DNA of 37,787 bases from Nitrospiraceae bacterium (lineage in GTDB: Bacteria; Nitrospirota; Nitrospiria; Nitrospirales; Nitrospiraceae), in assembly GCA_035457545.1 (NCBI GenBank), contig DATIBM010000058.1, positions 1-37,787 of the forward strand. The letters run 5' to 3'. Positions 10,319 through 20,446 of the stretch are shown one piece after another. Each line of letters opens with the position of its first letter. Position 1 is the first letter of the stretch. A program made the translations under genes and the position numbers. The notes beneath the pieces are model-generated. The model had not been told where the DNA came from, made no database searches, and was given only the letters and a program-made list of their open reading frames with translations.

Positions 10319-10573
10319 CGCGAGCGAACCTTCCGAGCTGTGCGAGCCCGGAGCCAGCCTACAGTCCTCAGAGGCTCACCCCGGTCTTAGTGAAATAGAG
10401 GCAAGAGTTGACCGTTCAGGCTAACAAACGGTGGGGACCACTGTCAATGAGAGGATGAACATATCGTGGACCGTTGTGAAGCGCGGCCGGCATCCGCCGG
10501 CAGAACCGTCGCAGGTAGCGGACCTTCGCTGAGGCAACCGATGGCGCTGGAAGCGGACTTGTTCACCATCCTG

Positions 10574-10918
10574 CTACCCCGGCGGCCACGTCATGGCCCG
10601 TCCGCCGAGCAGGTGGAAATGAAGATGAAATACGGTCTGTCCGCCGTCCCGACCGCTGTTGGCCACAATCCGATAGCCGTGCTCGGCCAAGCCTTTTTGG
10701 CGGGCTACTGCGGCGCAGGTCAGCAACAGATGGCCGAGGATCGATTGCTCCTGCTCACCGCATTCGCGAAGAGAGCTCACGTGTTTTCTGGGAATCACCA
10801 GAACATGTGTGGGAGCCTGGGGGTGGAGGTCCTCAAAGGCCACACATTGCGGGTCCTGATGGACGATCTTGGCGGGAAGGCTTCCCGCTGCAATACGGCA
10901 AAAGAGACAGTCACTCAC
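10574..10918 (-). CDS. Histidine triad nucleotide-binding protein (HinT-like)
   Basis: DCLFCRI, PQAPTHVLVIPRKH, GQTVFHLHFHLLGGR..WPPG; GTG start overlapping the hisIE stop. Confidence 0.93.
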   Translation of the reverse strand: MSDCLFCRIAAGSLPAKIVHQDPQCVAFEDLHPQAPTHVLVIPRKHVSSLRECGEQEQSILGHLLLTCAAVARQKGLAEHGYRIVANSGRDGGQTVFHLHFHLLGGRAMTWPPG

Positions 10919-11615
10919 CAGCGCCTCCTTCCCCGGGCTGAGCCGGACGAAGCCCGGACTTGCCATGGCGGGCAGCCAGCTCCCGGTAGACGTCGCTGAT
11001 AGGGATCCCGTTGGCTTCCAGGACAATCAGCGTATGGAAGAGCAGATCGGCCACCTCGTAGACGATTTCCTCCCGCTTGGCGTTCTTGCCGGCGATCAGG
11101 ACCTCCCCGGCCTCTTCGACGACCTTCTTGAGGAACCGATCCGGCCCTCCTTCCAGAAGCTTGGACACGTAAGACCCGGCACGGGGGTTCGCGCGCCGGT
11201 CGCGGATGGTTTCCGCGATCCGTTCCAAGATTCCCCCCAGCGCGGCGGACGTTTTCCGATCCTGCCCCTCGCTCCTCTCCAACTCGGTGAAAAAGCAGCT
11301 CGGCTCACCGGTGTGGCAGGTCGGACCGACCGGCTCGGCCTTCACCAGAATCGTATCCTGATCGCAATCGATAAAGAGGTCCTTCACGATCAGACGATGG
11401 CCCGAGGTTTCGCCCTTTTCCCATAGCCGCTGGCGGGAGCGACTCCAAAAATGCACGGAGCCGGTGGATCTGGTTCGATCCAACGCCTCCCGATTCATAT
11501 ACCCCAGCATCAGCACGGATCCGTCCCGCCAATCCTGGACGATCGCCGGGATGAGTCCTCGGTCATCGAACTGCAAATTTTGCTCGCCGTCCGCCATGTT
11601 CTCCATGTTCTGCAT
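10911..11615 (-). CDS. hisIE: Bifunctional phosphoribosyl-AMP cyclohydrolase / phosphoribosyl-ATP pyrophosphatase
   Basis: WSRSRQRLWEKGETSG, DCDQD, TCHTGEPSCF, then SYVSKL...KKVVEEAGE...EVADLLFH; exact start among three nearby Met codons uncertain. Confidence 0.96.
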   Translation of the reverse strand: MQNMENMADGEQNLQFDDRGLIPAIVQDWRDGSVLMLGYMNREALDRTRSTGSVHFWSRSRQRLWEKGETSGHRLIVKDLFIDCDQDTILVKAEPVGPTCHTGEPSCFFTELERSEGQDRKTSAALGGILERIAETIRDRRANPRAGSYVSKLLEGGPDRFLKKVVEEAGEVLIAGKNAKREEIVYEVADLLFHTLIVLEANGIPISDVYRELAARHGKSGLRPAQPGEGGAGE

Positions 11616-11650
11616 GTTTCGATTCTGATCCGCTATCGCAAGCCTTCCAC

Positions 11651-12448
11651 TTATCGCAGGCCAACCGGCTTGGACTCTGTGGCCAGGCGCACCGGCACCC
11701 CGCGCTCGGCCAGGTAGGCCTTGGCCTCCGGGATCGTATAGGTCCGATAGTGAAAAATCGAAGCCGCCAGCACCGCGTCGGCCATCCCTTCGGTCAGGCC
11801 CCGGTAGAGGTGCTCCAAGGTCCCGACCCCGCCGGAAGCGATGACTGGAATCGAGACAGCCCGGGACACGGTCCTTGTCAGTTCAATGTCGTATCCGGCC
11901 TGGGTCCCGTCCCGATCCATGCTCGTCAGGAGAATCTCGCCGGCCCCATAGGCCTCCATCCGCTTAGCCCACTCAACCGCATCGAGACCGGTAGGACGGC
12001 GCCCTCCATGGGTGTAGACCTCCCAGGCATTTGCAAGGCCCGAACCGGCGCGTTTCGCATCGATCGCGACCACGATACATTGCGTGCCGAACCGGCTTGC
12101 CGCGGCCTGGACGAATTCCGGCGAGGCGACGGCGGCGGTATTGATGCTGACCTTGTCGGCGCCGGCCGTCAGGAGCGCGCGAATGTCGTCCGGGCTGCGG
12201 ATGCCACCGCCCACCGTCAAGGGCATAAACACCTGCTCGGCCGTGTGCGCGACCACATCCAGGATGATCGCGCGGGCCTCATGGGAGGCGGTAATGTCGA
12301 GAAAACAGAGTTCGTCCGCGCCTTCGCGATCATACAGCTTGGCAATCTCGACCGGATCCCCAGCGTCGCGCAGGTTGACGAAACTCACGCCCTTGACGAC
12401 CCGGCCGTCCTTGACGTCCAAACAGGGAATGATGCGTTTGGTGAGCAT
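11651..12448 (-). CDS. hisF: Imidazole glycerol phosphate synthase cyclase subunit
   Basis: [44 protein letters not shown]. Confidence 0.99.
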   Translation of the reverse strand: MLTKRIIPCLDVKDGRVVKGVSFVNLRDAGDPVEIAKLYDREGADELCFLDITASHEARAIILDVVAHTAEQVFMPLTVGGGIRSPDDIRALLTAGADKVSINTAAVASPEFVQAAASRFGTQCIVVAIDAKRAGSGLANAWEVYTHGGRRPTGLDAVEWAKRMEAYGAGEILLTSMDRDGTQAGYDIELTRTVSRAVSIPVIASGGVGTLEHLYRGLTEGMADAVLAASIFHYRTYTIPEAKAYLAERGVPVRLATESKPVGLR

Positions 12449-12470
12449 GGCTGAGAGCTAGAGCGAGGTC

Positions 12471-13193
12471 CTATGATCGCACCGCGAGGATCGCTTCGGC
12501 AAAATCAAGCTTGCCGTCATAGAGCGCCTTGCCGACGATCGCCGCCTCAAGACGAGGGCCCAAGCTTCGAATCGCCACGAGATCCTCCACGCGCGTAACG
12601 CCGCCCGAGGCGATAACGGGGCATGGCGCATGATCGGCGACCTCTTTCAAGGCCTGGAGGTTGGGGCCTGCGAGCATGCCATCGCGGGCAATGTCCGTAT
12701 AGACGACCCCCGCCAGCTTCAGTCCCTCCAAACTTCGAATGAGCTCGACCGCCGCGGTCTCGGAAATGCTGGTCCATCCTTGGACGGCTACCTTTCCGTT
12801 GCGGGCATCAACCCCTACCAATACCCGCCCGGGAAACTCGCGACAGGCCTGTTCGAGAAAAGACCGGTCTGTCAACGCTGCCGTGCCAAGGACCACCCGC
12901 GCCACCCCTATCTGGAAATAGCGCCGCACGGTCTCGATCGATCGAATCCCCCCGCCGACCTGCACGGAGAGATCGACGGCCTTCACGATCCCTTCGATAT
13001 GGGTGTCGTTGCTCGGTTTCCCATCGACGGCCCCGTTCAGATCGACGACGTGGAGCCAGGCCGCGCCTTTCTGCCGCCACCCGCGCGCCACCGAAACCAG
13101 ATCGTCCGAATAGACCGTTTCTTGAGCCATGTCGCCCTGCCGCAGCCTGACGCAACGGCCGTCTTTGATGTCAATCGCCGGAATCACCTGCAT
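12471..13193 (-). CDS. hisA: ProFAR isomerase
   Basis: VIPAIDIKDGRCVRLRQG, LHVVDLNGA, TDIARDGMLAGPN, IVGKALY. Confidence 0.98.
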   Translation of the reverse strand: MQVIPAIDIKDGRCVRLRQGDMAQETVYSDDLVSVARGWRQKGAAWLHVVDLNGAVDGKPSNDTHIEGIVKAVDLSVQVGGGIRSIETVRRYFQIGVARVVLGTAALTDRSFLEQACREFPGRVLVGVDARNGKVAVQGWTSISETAAVELIRSLEGLKLAGVVYTDIARDGMLAGPNLQALKEVADHAPCPVIASGGVTRVEDLVAIRSLGPRLEAAIVGKALYDGKLDFAEAILAVRS

Positions 13194-13199
13194 GGACCA

Positions 13200-13973
13200 T
13201 CACCCTCGATTCGTTGAGCCTTGTCCGCCATAGGGAAACTCCTTGAGCACCTTCTCGACCCCATAGGCCGCCAGCTCTTGCGCGGTGACAAACGCGCCCT
13301 TTCGCTCGATAAACCCCCACAGGTCTTCATTCATCGGCCTCTGCTTCTCGTAATAGTTGCCCACCCAGAGGGTGACCCCGTCCGAACCGACGAGGCGCAG
13401 CTCAAACCCCACCACAGCGGGGTCGGCTCCCAGCTTGCTGCCGACTCGCTCCCGGTACACCAGCACCTTGCCGAGCACGACCGCATCCACACCCAGTTGT
13501 GTGGCGATCTTGCGCGCAAAGTGCTGCGGTTCGTCGCTCTTTGCCTCGGCGGTGCTCTCCTTCCAGGCCCGTTCGCCCTCCTGAAGCGACCGCAGGGTCA
13601 ACCCCGGCCGATCGCTGAGCCGGTCCCAAACCAAGCGGGTGACAATCTCGGCCGCTGCCGGAGGCACGACGCTCGTCGCCTGCTCGGTCGGTTGGGTATC
13701 TGGTGGGATGGCGACCGTCATATTAGACCGTTTGGCGCTAGTCGGGACCGACAGTTGATTGGCTCGATCGTCCACCACCTGAGGAGTCTCCAGAGTCTGG
13801 AACGGCAACACCGCGACCGACTTGATGTGATACCGCTCGGCATAGGGAGACGTTTCCGTCTTGACCTTGGTCGGTCCGCATCCGCTTCCCACCGCCACCA
13901 GCGCGGCAACCCCGCTGTAAAGCGCGAGTCGGAATATCCCCCGTGCCATGATGCCGTCGCATCGTCGGCTCAT
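13200..13973 (-). CDS. Putative lipoprotein of unknown function
   Basis: Hydrophobic signal ending GSGC; VAVLPF...LGVDAVVLGKV pattern reminiscent of LpoB/CsgG/DUF799-like folds; ATG overlaps the hisH stop (ATGA). Confidence 0.75.
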   Translation of the reverse strand: MSRRCDGIMARGIFRLALYSGVAALVAVGSGCGPTKVKTETSPYAERYHIKSVAVLPFQTLETPQVVDDRANQLSVPTSAKRSNMTVAIPPDTQPTEQATSVVPPAAAEIVTRLVWDRLSDRPGLTLRSLQEGERAWKESTAEAKSDEPQHFARKIATQLGVDAVVLGKVLVYRERVGSKLGADPAVVGFELRLVGSDGVTLWVGNYYEKQRPMNEDLWGFIERKGAFVTAQELAAYGVEKVLKEFPYGGQGSTNRG

Positions 13974-14614
13974 CGCCAGGCTCCGAAATTCTTGACGATC
14001 CGCAACCCGACCGACTGGCTCTTTTCCGGATGGAACTGGCAAGCCACGACATTGTCCCGCCAGATACCTGAGGCAAACGACAGGCCGTAGGTCGTCGTGG
14101 TCGCGATCACCGATGGATCAGCCGGCGCTACATAGTAGGAATGCACGAAGTACACACTGGCCCCGTCCTCAATATCGGACAACGGAGGGGCGCGGCGTTC
14201 GATCGTAATCTGGTTCCACCCCATGTGCGGGACTTTCAATCCGACAGGCCCGGCCGGCTTGCTTCCGGCCAACGGTTCGGAGGTCCAGGGAAACCGGAGG
14301 ACGCGACCGGATAGGATATCCAATCCCTTGTGCAGGCCGAACTCTTCGCTTTCCGAAAAGAGCACCTGGAAGCCCAGGCAAATGCCGAGAAAGGGCTTGC
14401 CGCTTTGGATGGCGGCGCGGATCGGTTGAATCAACCCGTACTGATCCAGATTCTTCATGCAGTCGGCGAAGGCGCCGACGCCGGGCAACACGACATGGCT
14501 GGCGTCGCGAATGACTTGCGGGGAGCGCGTGACCGCCGCCGGACAGCCGACGGTTTCGAAGGCCTTCTGCACGCTGCGCAGATTGCCCATCCCATAGTCG
14601 ATGATGGCGATCAT
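13970..14614 (-). CDS. hisH: Imidazole glycerol phosphate synthase glutaminase subunit
   Basis: IIDYGMGNLRSV, LPGVGAF, LGICLG, VPHMGWN, YFVHSY, QFHPEKS. Confidence 0.98.
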   Translation of the reverse strand: MIAIIDYGMGNLRSVQKAFETVGCPAAVTRSPQVIRDASHVVLPGVGAFADCMKNLDQYGLIQPIRAAIQSGKPFLGICLGFQVLFSESEEFGLHKGLDILSGRVLRFPWTSEPLAGSKPAGPVGLKVPHMGWNQITIERRAPPLSDIEDGASVYFVHSYYVAPADPSVIATTTTYGLSFASGIWRDNVVACQFHPEKSQSVGLRIVKNFGAWR

Positions 14615-14626
14615 AGGTGTGCGGCT

Positions 14627-14655
14627 ATCCTAAGGAAGCAGTAACAATACCGCAA
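14627..14655 (-). promoter_or_regulatory. Putative internal sigma70 promoter for hisH
   Basis: TTGCGG-17 bp-TAGGAT ending 12 bp before the hisH ATG. Confidence 0.5.
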
Positions 14656-14821
14656 CCAGCGGCGTCCTGCCACTGGCAATCTGTAGCGACTCACTGTCGT
14701 GGAATGGGAAACAACGCCTCAGAACCTCTTCGCCGAGAAGTTCGCGATTCTCCGCGACAGTCAAACAGCCCCTGACAGCGGATGCCGATGCAAGATAACG
14801 ATGTCCTGGCCTGGAACCGAC

Positions 14822-14850
14822 CTATCATGATAACGTCCTTTTAATGATAG
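14822..14850 (+). promoter_or_regulatory. Putative toxin-antitoxin operator
   Basis: Perfect palindrome TATCATGATA (14823-14832) and outer inverted repeat CTATCAT...ATGATAG just upstream of the antitoxin RBS. Confidence 0.5.
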
Positions 14851-14868
14851 TCTTGAACGGAGGACGCC

Positions 14869-15141
14869 ATGCCGATCATCAAACCCATCTCCGACCTCAG
14901 GAACAAGGCCAACAGTCTCTCCGAACTGGTCCATAAGAGCAACGAACCCGTCTTCATTACCAAGAACGGGGAAGGCGATATGGTGCTGATGTCGCTGGCA
15001 CATTATGGAGAGATGGAGCGGCGTCTCGAACTGTACGAGAAACTGGCCGCCGCCGAGGCCCAGGTGGCCGCCGGCGATCGCGGACGATCACTCGGTCGCG
15101 TCATGAAGGACCTGAGAGCGCGTCTCCGTGAGCACAAATAG
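14869..15141 (+). CDS. Type II antitoxin, Phd/YefM family
   Basis: MPIIKPISDLRN...EPVFITKNGEGDMVLMS is the Phd/YefM N-terminal pattern; GGAGG RBS. Confidence 0.92.
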   Translation: MPIIKPISDLRNKANSLSELVHKSNEPVFITKNGEGDMVLMSLAHYGEMERRLELYEKLAAAEAQVAAGDRGRSLGRVMKDLRARLREHK

Positions 15142-15445
15142 ATACGCGCTCCGGCTCTTCTCCATCGCCGAACAGGATTTCCTCGACATGGTTGAGTATC
15201 TTGCGGCCGAGAACCTCTTAGCCGCGCAGTCCGTTGCGGATCAGATCGAAAAGCGCTTGCAGGCTCTGTCGAGACACCCATTTCTAGGGAAAGTGCCGTC
15301 CGATGCCAAGGTGGAAAGAATGGGCTATAGAGTCCTCGTCGCAGGAGACTACCTGATTTTCTACAAGGTGCGCAGGAAGACGGTGTTGGTGTACCGCATC
15401 ATCCATGGCGCGCGGAACGTTCTGCCGCTGCTCGATGCACTGTAG
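15128..15445 (+). CDS. Type II toxin, RelE/ParE family
   Basis: AEQDF..MVEYL...LSRHPFLG...GYRVLVAGDYLIFY...VYRIIHGARN; overlaps the antitoxin stop. Confidence 0.9.
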   Translation: MSTNRYALRLFSIAEQDFLDMVEYLAAENLLAAQSVADQIEKRLQALSRHPFLGKVPSDAKVERMGYRVLVAGDYLIFYKVRRKTVLVYRIIHGARNVLPLLDAL

Positions 15446-15490
15446 CTGGTGGGGTGTATGAAAATAGCGAACGCCACTGGGCTATAGACC

Positions 15491-15527
15491 AAACACAAAG
15501 GGCAGGCTCCTCTTCAGAAGCCTGCCC
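15491..15527 (-). terminator. Intrinsic terminator after hisB (possibly bidirectional)
   Basis: 9-bp stem GGGCAGGCT/AGCCTGCCC followed on the minus strand by TTTGTGTTT. Confidence 0.6.
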
Positions 15528-15562
15528 CGGATCACTTCGCTAAGGTTCCTCAGCCAAGTCTG

Positions 15563-16168
15563 CTACAGCATCCCCTTCGTCGAGAGCACTTTGCCGACCA
15601 GCCGCTCGTCCGGCATCGTCGCCTGGTCGAGGGCCTTGGCCAGCGCCTTGAAGATCGCCTCCATGATGTGGTGGGGATTGCGGCCGTACAGGAGATTCAC
15701 GTGCAGGTTCAGCCCGCCGTGCGTGACGAAGGCCTGAAAGAAGTCCTCAAAGAGGCCCAGGTCGAACGACTTGATCTTCCGGTCCGGCAGGCTCACGTTG
15801 TAGACGAGATAGGGCCGGCCGCTCAGATCCACCGTCACCTGCGCCAAGGTTTCGTCGAGCGGCGCCGACGCAAACCCGAAGCGCCTGATCCCCGCCTTCT
15901 CCCCCAGCGCTTGATGCAGGGCCTTGCCCATGACGATGCCGACGTCCTCGACGGTATGGTGCTCGTCGATGTCGAGATCGCCCTTGGCCTGGACGGTGAG
16001 GTCGAAGAACCCGTGCTTCGCCAACAACTCAAGCATGTGGTCGAGGAAGCGGACGCCCGTGTCGATCTTGCCCTCGCCACACCCGTCTAGCGTCCATTCG
16101 ACGCGAATGTCCGTTTCCTTTGTGGCCCGGTGAATGCCGGCCTGCCGCGGCGCTCCGTTCTTCTTCAT
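15563..16168 (-). CDS. hisB: Imidazoleglycerol-phosphate dehydratase
   Basis: [38 protein letters not shown]. Confidence 0.98.
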   Translation of the reverse strand: MKKNGAPRQAGIHRATKETDIRVEWTLDGCGEGKIDTGVRFLDHMLELLAKHGFFDLTVQAKGDLDIDEHHTVEDVGIVMGKALHQALGEKAGIRRFGFASAPLDETLAQVTVDLSGRPYLVYNVSLPDRKIKSFDLGLFEDFFQAFVTHGGLNLHVNLLYGRNPHHIMEAIFKALAKALDQATMPDERLVGKVLSTKGML

Positions 16169-17448
16169 GGAAACCTGCTTTCTGCCGACTTGGCGTGCGC
16201 GTCAAACCCTTCGATGTGGGCCAGCCGGACCAGCGGATCCTTGACCCGTTGCAGCTCCTCCTTGGTGAAGGACACGATGTTGCTGATCTTCACATAGTCG
16301 TTCACCGAGAGGGCGGAAAAGAACCGCGCCGTCCCGCCGGTGGGCAGCACGTGGTTCGGTCCCGCGATATAGTCCGCGACGGCCGGCGGCGTGTAACGTC
16401 CCAAGAACAAGGCGCCGGCATGGCGGATGCGCTCCAGATAATCGAAGGGGCGTTCCGTCGCGACCGAAAGGTGCTCGGCGGCGATCTCGTTCGCCACGTC
16501 AACCGCCTGTTCCATCGACTCGACAACGAATGCGGCCGCGTGCCGGGCGATCGCCTTGGCGGCGATCGCCGTCCGTGACAACTGCTTCACCTGGGCTTGC
16601 ACGGCTCGCGCCACATCCTCCGCCAGCTTGCGGGAGGGCGTCACCAGATAGACCTTGGCATGCTCGTCATGCTCGGCCTCGCAGAGCAGGTCGGCCGCCA
16701 CATGGGAGGGGTTGGCCGACTCGTCGGCGAGCACCAACAGCTCGCTCGGGCCAGCCATCATGTCGATGCCGACCACGCCGTACAGGAGCTTTTTCGCCGT
16801 GGCGACGTAGATGTTTCCCGGACCGACGATCTTGTCCACCTTGGCAATCGTCTTCGTCCCGTAGGCCATTGCGGCCACGGCCTGCACGCCTCCGACCCGG
16901 TAGATTTCATCGACCCCGGCAATATCGGCCGCCACCAGCAGGTAGGGATTGATGCCCGCCTGTCCGGAGGGCGTGCACATCGTCACCCGCCGCACCCCGG
17001 CGACCTTGGCGGGAATGGCGGCCATCAGCACCGTGGAAGGATACACCGCCTTTCCGCCCGGCACGTAGAGCCCGACGGCATCCAGGGGCAGCACGGCCTG
17101 CCCTAATGTGGCCCCCTGTTCCTGATACATCCAGGTCTTGGTCCGCTGCCGCTCGTGGAACGTCGCGATCCGCTGCGCGGCCAGCCTGAGCGCATCGCCG
17201 TCCTCCTTGCGGATCTTATAATAGGCCTCCTTGATCTCTTCCGGCGTGACGCGCATTGCGTCCGGCTTGAGGCTCACCCGATCGAATTTTTTTGCATATC
17301 TCAGCACCGCGTGATCGCCGCCGCGCTCAACTGCTTTGAGGATCGTCCGCACGGCCGGCTCGACCGCCCCGGTGTCCTGCCGCCCCCGCTGCACGACCTT
17401 CCCAAGCGCGGCCTTGAAACCCCGGTCTGAATAGGCCATCACCTTCAT
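16165..17448 (-). CDS. hisD: Histidinol dehydrogenase
   Basis: [47 protein letters not shown]. Confidence 0.98.
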   Translation of the reverse strand: MKVMAYSDRGFKAALGKVVQRGRQDTGAVEPAVRTILKAVERGGDHAVLRYAKKFDRVSLKPDAMRVTPEEIKEAYYKIRKEDGDALRLAAQRIATFHERQRTKTWMYQEQGATLGQAVLPLDAVGLYVPGGKAVYPSTVLMAAIPAKVAGVRRVTMCTPSGQAGINPYLLVAADIAGVDEIYRVGGVQAVAAMAYGTKTIAKVDKIVGPGNIYVATAKKLLYGVVGIDMMAGPSELLVLADESANPSHVAADLLCEAEHDEHAKVYLVTPSRKLAEDVARAVQAQVKQLSRTAIAAKAIARHAAAFVVESMEQAVDVANEIAAEHLSVATERPFDYLERIRHAGALFLGRYTPPAVADYIAGPNHVLPTGGTARFFSALSVNDYVKISNIVSFTKEELQRVKDPLVRLAHIEGFDAHAKSAESRFP

Positions 17449-18164
17449 GCAACACTCCGATCTCGGCCGGCAAGTGCGCCGCGCTCCGCGGATCGAGGCC
17501 GTTTCCCGCCTCGGCCGGCGGCGACCATTTTCCCATCACCCGGCCTGATTTTCCGCAATGCCTCAAGCAACGCCGTGACAGCCTGGTACTTGAGCTTCAG
17601 GCTGGCCCGATTGACGATCAGCCGAGCGGTCGAGCGAGCGATCACGTCGATTTCCACGAGATCGTGCGCTTTCAACGTATTGCCCGTTTCAACCAGATCG
17701 ACGATGCGATCGGCCAGGCCCAACACCGGGGCCAATTCAATCGAGCCGTATAGTTTGATGATCTCGACCGGAATGCCCTTCTGGTTGAAGTAGCGCTCGG
17801 TAATGGTCGGATACTTCGTCGCGACCCGGACTTTGGATGACAACCGGCTCCGTGACTCCTGGCCCCGGAGCGCCGCGACGGACAGCCGGCAGGCGCCAAC
17901 CCTGAGATCCACCGGTTCATAGACATCCGGGTTCTGCTCCAGCAACACGTCCTTGCCGACGACTCCGATATCCGCCGCCCCATGTTCCACATAAGCCGGC
18001 ACGTCGCTTGGCCTCACGATCAGATAGGTGATGCCCCGGTCCGCATAGGTGAACACCAGCCTGCGGCTGTTCTCGGTGAGGTCCTTCGTGGGGTACCCGG
18101 CCTCGGCGAACAGAGGCAGCGTTTGCCCCAGCAACTTCCCTTTGGATAAGGCAATGGTCAGCAT
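17445..18164 (-). CDS. hisG: ATP phosphoribosyltransferase, short form
   Basis: LTIALSKGK, DIGVVGKDVLLE, VATKYP, GSIELAP..GLAD.IVDLVETG.TL; no C-terminal regulatory domain. Confidence 0.96.
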   Translation of the reverse strand: MLTIALSKGKLLGQTLPLFAEAGYPTKDLTENSRRLVFTYADRGITYLIVRPSDVPAYVEHGAADIGVVGKDVLLEQNPDVYEPVDLRVGACRLSVAALRGQESRSRLSSKVRVATKYPTITERYFNQKGIPVEIIKLYGSIELAPVLGLADRIVDLVETGNTLKAHDLVEIDVIARSTARLIVNRASLKLKYQAVTALLEALRKIRPGDGKMVAAGRGGKRPRSAERGALAGRDRSVA

Positions 18165-18183
18165 GTCGTTCGCACGCCGCTGG

Positions 18184-19458
18184 TTAAGCGACCTTGACGC
18201 TCGGCGAGCCCTTCTGTCGTTGAATGATGCCGCCCAACGCGCCGAGCTTTTCCTCCAGCCGTTCGTACCCCCGGTCCAGATGATAGATGCGGGACACCTC
18301 GGTCACCCCATCCGCCGCCAGCCCCGCCAAGACCAATCCCGCGCTCGCGCGAAGGTCGGACGCCATCACCGGCGCACCGGTGAGCCGCTCGCAGCCGATT
18401 ACGACCGCATGGTTGCCCTCGATCTTGATGTCGGCGCCCATCCGCTGCAACTCCTGGATGTGCATGAACCGCCCTTCAAAAATCGTTTCCGTCACGACGC
18501 TGGTTCCGCTGGAGATCGCCAACAACGCGACCATCTGCGCCTGCATGTCGGTCGGAAAGGCCGGGTAGGCCCCGGTCTTGATATCCGTGGCGACCGGCCG
18601 TTGATCGCACCGGACGCGAAGGGTTTCTTTTCCCTCCTCGACCGTCACCCCGCAGGCCCGGAGCTTGAGCGTGAGCGCCTCCAGATGGTCGGGACGGCAG
18701 GACTCCACACAGACATCCCCGCGCGTCATCGCACCAGCGACCAAGTAGGTTCCCGTTTCGATCCGATCGGGGATCACCTCATGGTCCGCCCCATGGAGCT
18801 GCGCGACCCCTTCAATCGTGATGACGTCGGTCCCCGCCCCTTCGACGCGGGCTCCGCGCTTGACGAGGAAACTTGCCAGGTCACTGACCTCCGGCTCCTT
18901 GGCGGCGTTTTCGATGACGGTCACACCGTCCGCCAGACAGGCCGCCATCATGAGGTTCTCGGTGCCGGTAACGGTCGAGACATCGCAGTAGATGCGCGCC
19001 CCCTTGAGGCGCGACGCCCTGGCCCGGATATAGCCATGCTCGATCGAGACCTCAGCTCCCAGCTTGGCCAACCCGGCGAGATGAAAATTGACCGGGCGCG
19101 AGCCGATCGCACAGCCGCCCGGCAGCGACACGGTCGCTTCACCCCATCGCGCCACGAGCGGGCCGAGGACCAGGATCGATGCGCGCATCGTCCGAACCAA
19201 ATCATATGGAGCTTCGCTCGATCGGAGTTGATCGCACTTGGCGACGACCCGATCCCCTTCTTGGCTGATCGAGCAACCCAACATGTTCAGCAGCTTGACC
19301 ATCGTCACCACGTCCACGACCTGAGGCACGTTGGACAGTTCACATTCGCCTGCGCCGAGGATGGTCGAGGCCAGGATCGGCAAAGCCGCGTTCTTGGCCC
19401 CGCTGGCTTTGATAGTGCCGCGCAACCTGGTTCCTCCGCTGATGACGAGACGGTCCAT
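18184..19458 (-). CDS. murA: UDP-N-acetylglucosamine 1-carboxyvinyltransferase
   Basis: [54 protein letters not shown]. Confidence 0.99.
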   Translation of the reverse strand: MDRLVISGGTRLRGTIKASGAKNAALPILASTILGAGECELSNVPQVVDVVTMVKLLNMLGCSISQEGDRVVAKCDQLRSSEAPYDLVRTMRASILVLGPLVARWGEATVSLPGGCAIGSRPVNFHLAGLAKLGAEVSIEHGYIRARASRLKGARIYCDVSTVTGTENLMMAACLADGVTVIENAAKEPEVSDLASFLVKRGARVEGAGTDVITIEGVAQLHGADHEVIPDRIETGTYLVAGAMTRGDVCVESCRPDHLEALTLKLRACGVTVEEGKETLRVRCDQRPVATDIKTGAYPAFPTDMQAQMVALLAISSGTSVVTETIFEGRFMHIQELQRMGADIKIEGNHAVVIGCERLTGAPVMASDLRASAGLVLAGLAADGVTEVSRIYHLDRGYERLEEKLGALGGIIQRQKGSPSVKVA

Positions 19459-19546
19459 GGAGAGACTTGCCGACTACTTGACGCGTTTATTCACGAGAGG
19501 CTCGATTTTGCTCTTTATCCGCGCGGATTGCTCGCCATTTCCACGA

Positions 19547-20443
19547 TCAGACTTGCCGTTCCGCCCACACGATCCGTTCGATCCCCTGCTGATCTCGGAT
19601 GGTGCGGATGGCCCGATACCCGCCCTGCGCCCGCACCAGGTCGGCACAGGCCGGAGCAGAGCCCGCTCCCACCTCCATAGCCAAGATCCCGCCGGGAGCC
19701 AGGTACCGGAGAGCCCCCGAGATCAGTCGCCGATGGATCGCCAGCCCGTCCGGACCGCCTGCCAGCGCCAGACGCGGCTCAAACCGCCCGACTTCGGGCT
19801 GGAGTCTATCCAATTCGTCTTCAGGAATATAGGGGGGGTTGGAAAGGATGGCCGTCAGTCGGCCTTGAGCCGAAACAGTCTCCAGCGGCTCCAACAGATC
19901 CCCTTCCATCAACGTCACGCGATCGGCAACTCCATGCCGCATCAAGTTTTCATGGGCCACCTGGAGAGCAGCCGGCGAGCAGTCGATCCCATAGATTTCC
20001 GCCTGCGGCAAGTCTAGGGCAAGACTCACTGCGATACAGCCGGAGCCGGCTCCGACATCTGCGATCAAGGGCCTCGGAGTTGCGGCCAGTCGCCGCGCCG
20101 TTTCCGCGACCAGCAGTTCCGTCTCGGGGCGGGGGATCAGCACAGCGGGAGTCACGGTGAAGGAACGGCCGCAAAACTCCTGGCTGCCCAACAGGTATTG
20201 CAGCGGCTCCCGCGCAGCCCGCCGGCGCAACAGGTCCTCAGCCCGCTGGCGCTCAACCGACGGGACCGGACGGTCGCCGTCGAGCCGGAGCTGAAGGTGG
20301 GTCCGTTCCAGCGCCGCTTCGAGAATCCAGACCGCCTCCCGTTCCGCGGACTCGACGCCGGCCTGTCGGAGCTGTGTGATGCCCCGGCGCAACAGTTCGT
20401 TGACAGTCCTGCAGCCCGCTTCCGCTGCCAGCGATTCGGCCAT
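19547..20443 (-). CDS. prmC: Release factor glutamine methyltransferase
   Basis: EPLQYLLG, VLIPRPETE, DVGAGSGCI, SNPPY; follows prfA. Confidence 0.97.
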   Translation of the reverse strand: MAESLAAEAGCRTVNELLRRGITQLRQAGVESAEREAVWILEAALERTHLQLRLDGDRPVPSVERQRAEDLLRRRAAREPLQYLLGSQEFCGRSFTVTPAVLIPRPETELLVAETARRLAATPRPLIADVGAGSGCIAVSLALDLPQAEIYGIDCSPAALQVAHENLMRHGVADRVTLMEGDLLEPLETVSAQGRLTAILSNPPYIPEDELDRLQPEVGRFEPRLALAGGPDGLAIHRRLISGALRYLAPGGILAMEVGAGSAPACADLVRAQGGYRAIRTIRDQQGIERIVWAERQV

Positions 20444-20446
20444 CGG

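Noticed and set aside
18049-19680. 543-aa plus-strand ORF
   Set aside because: Antisense shadow of murA; the same applies to the many other ORFs opposite or out of frame with recognised genes.
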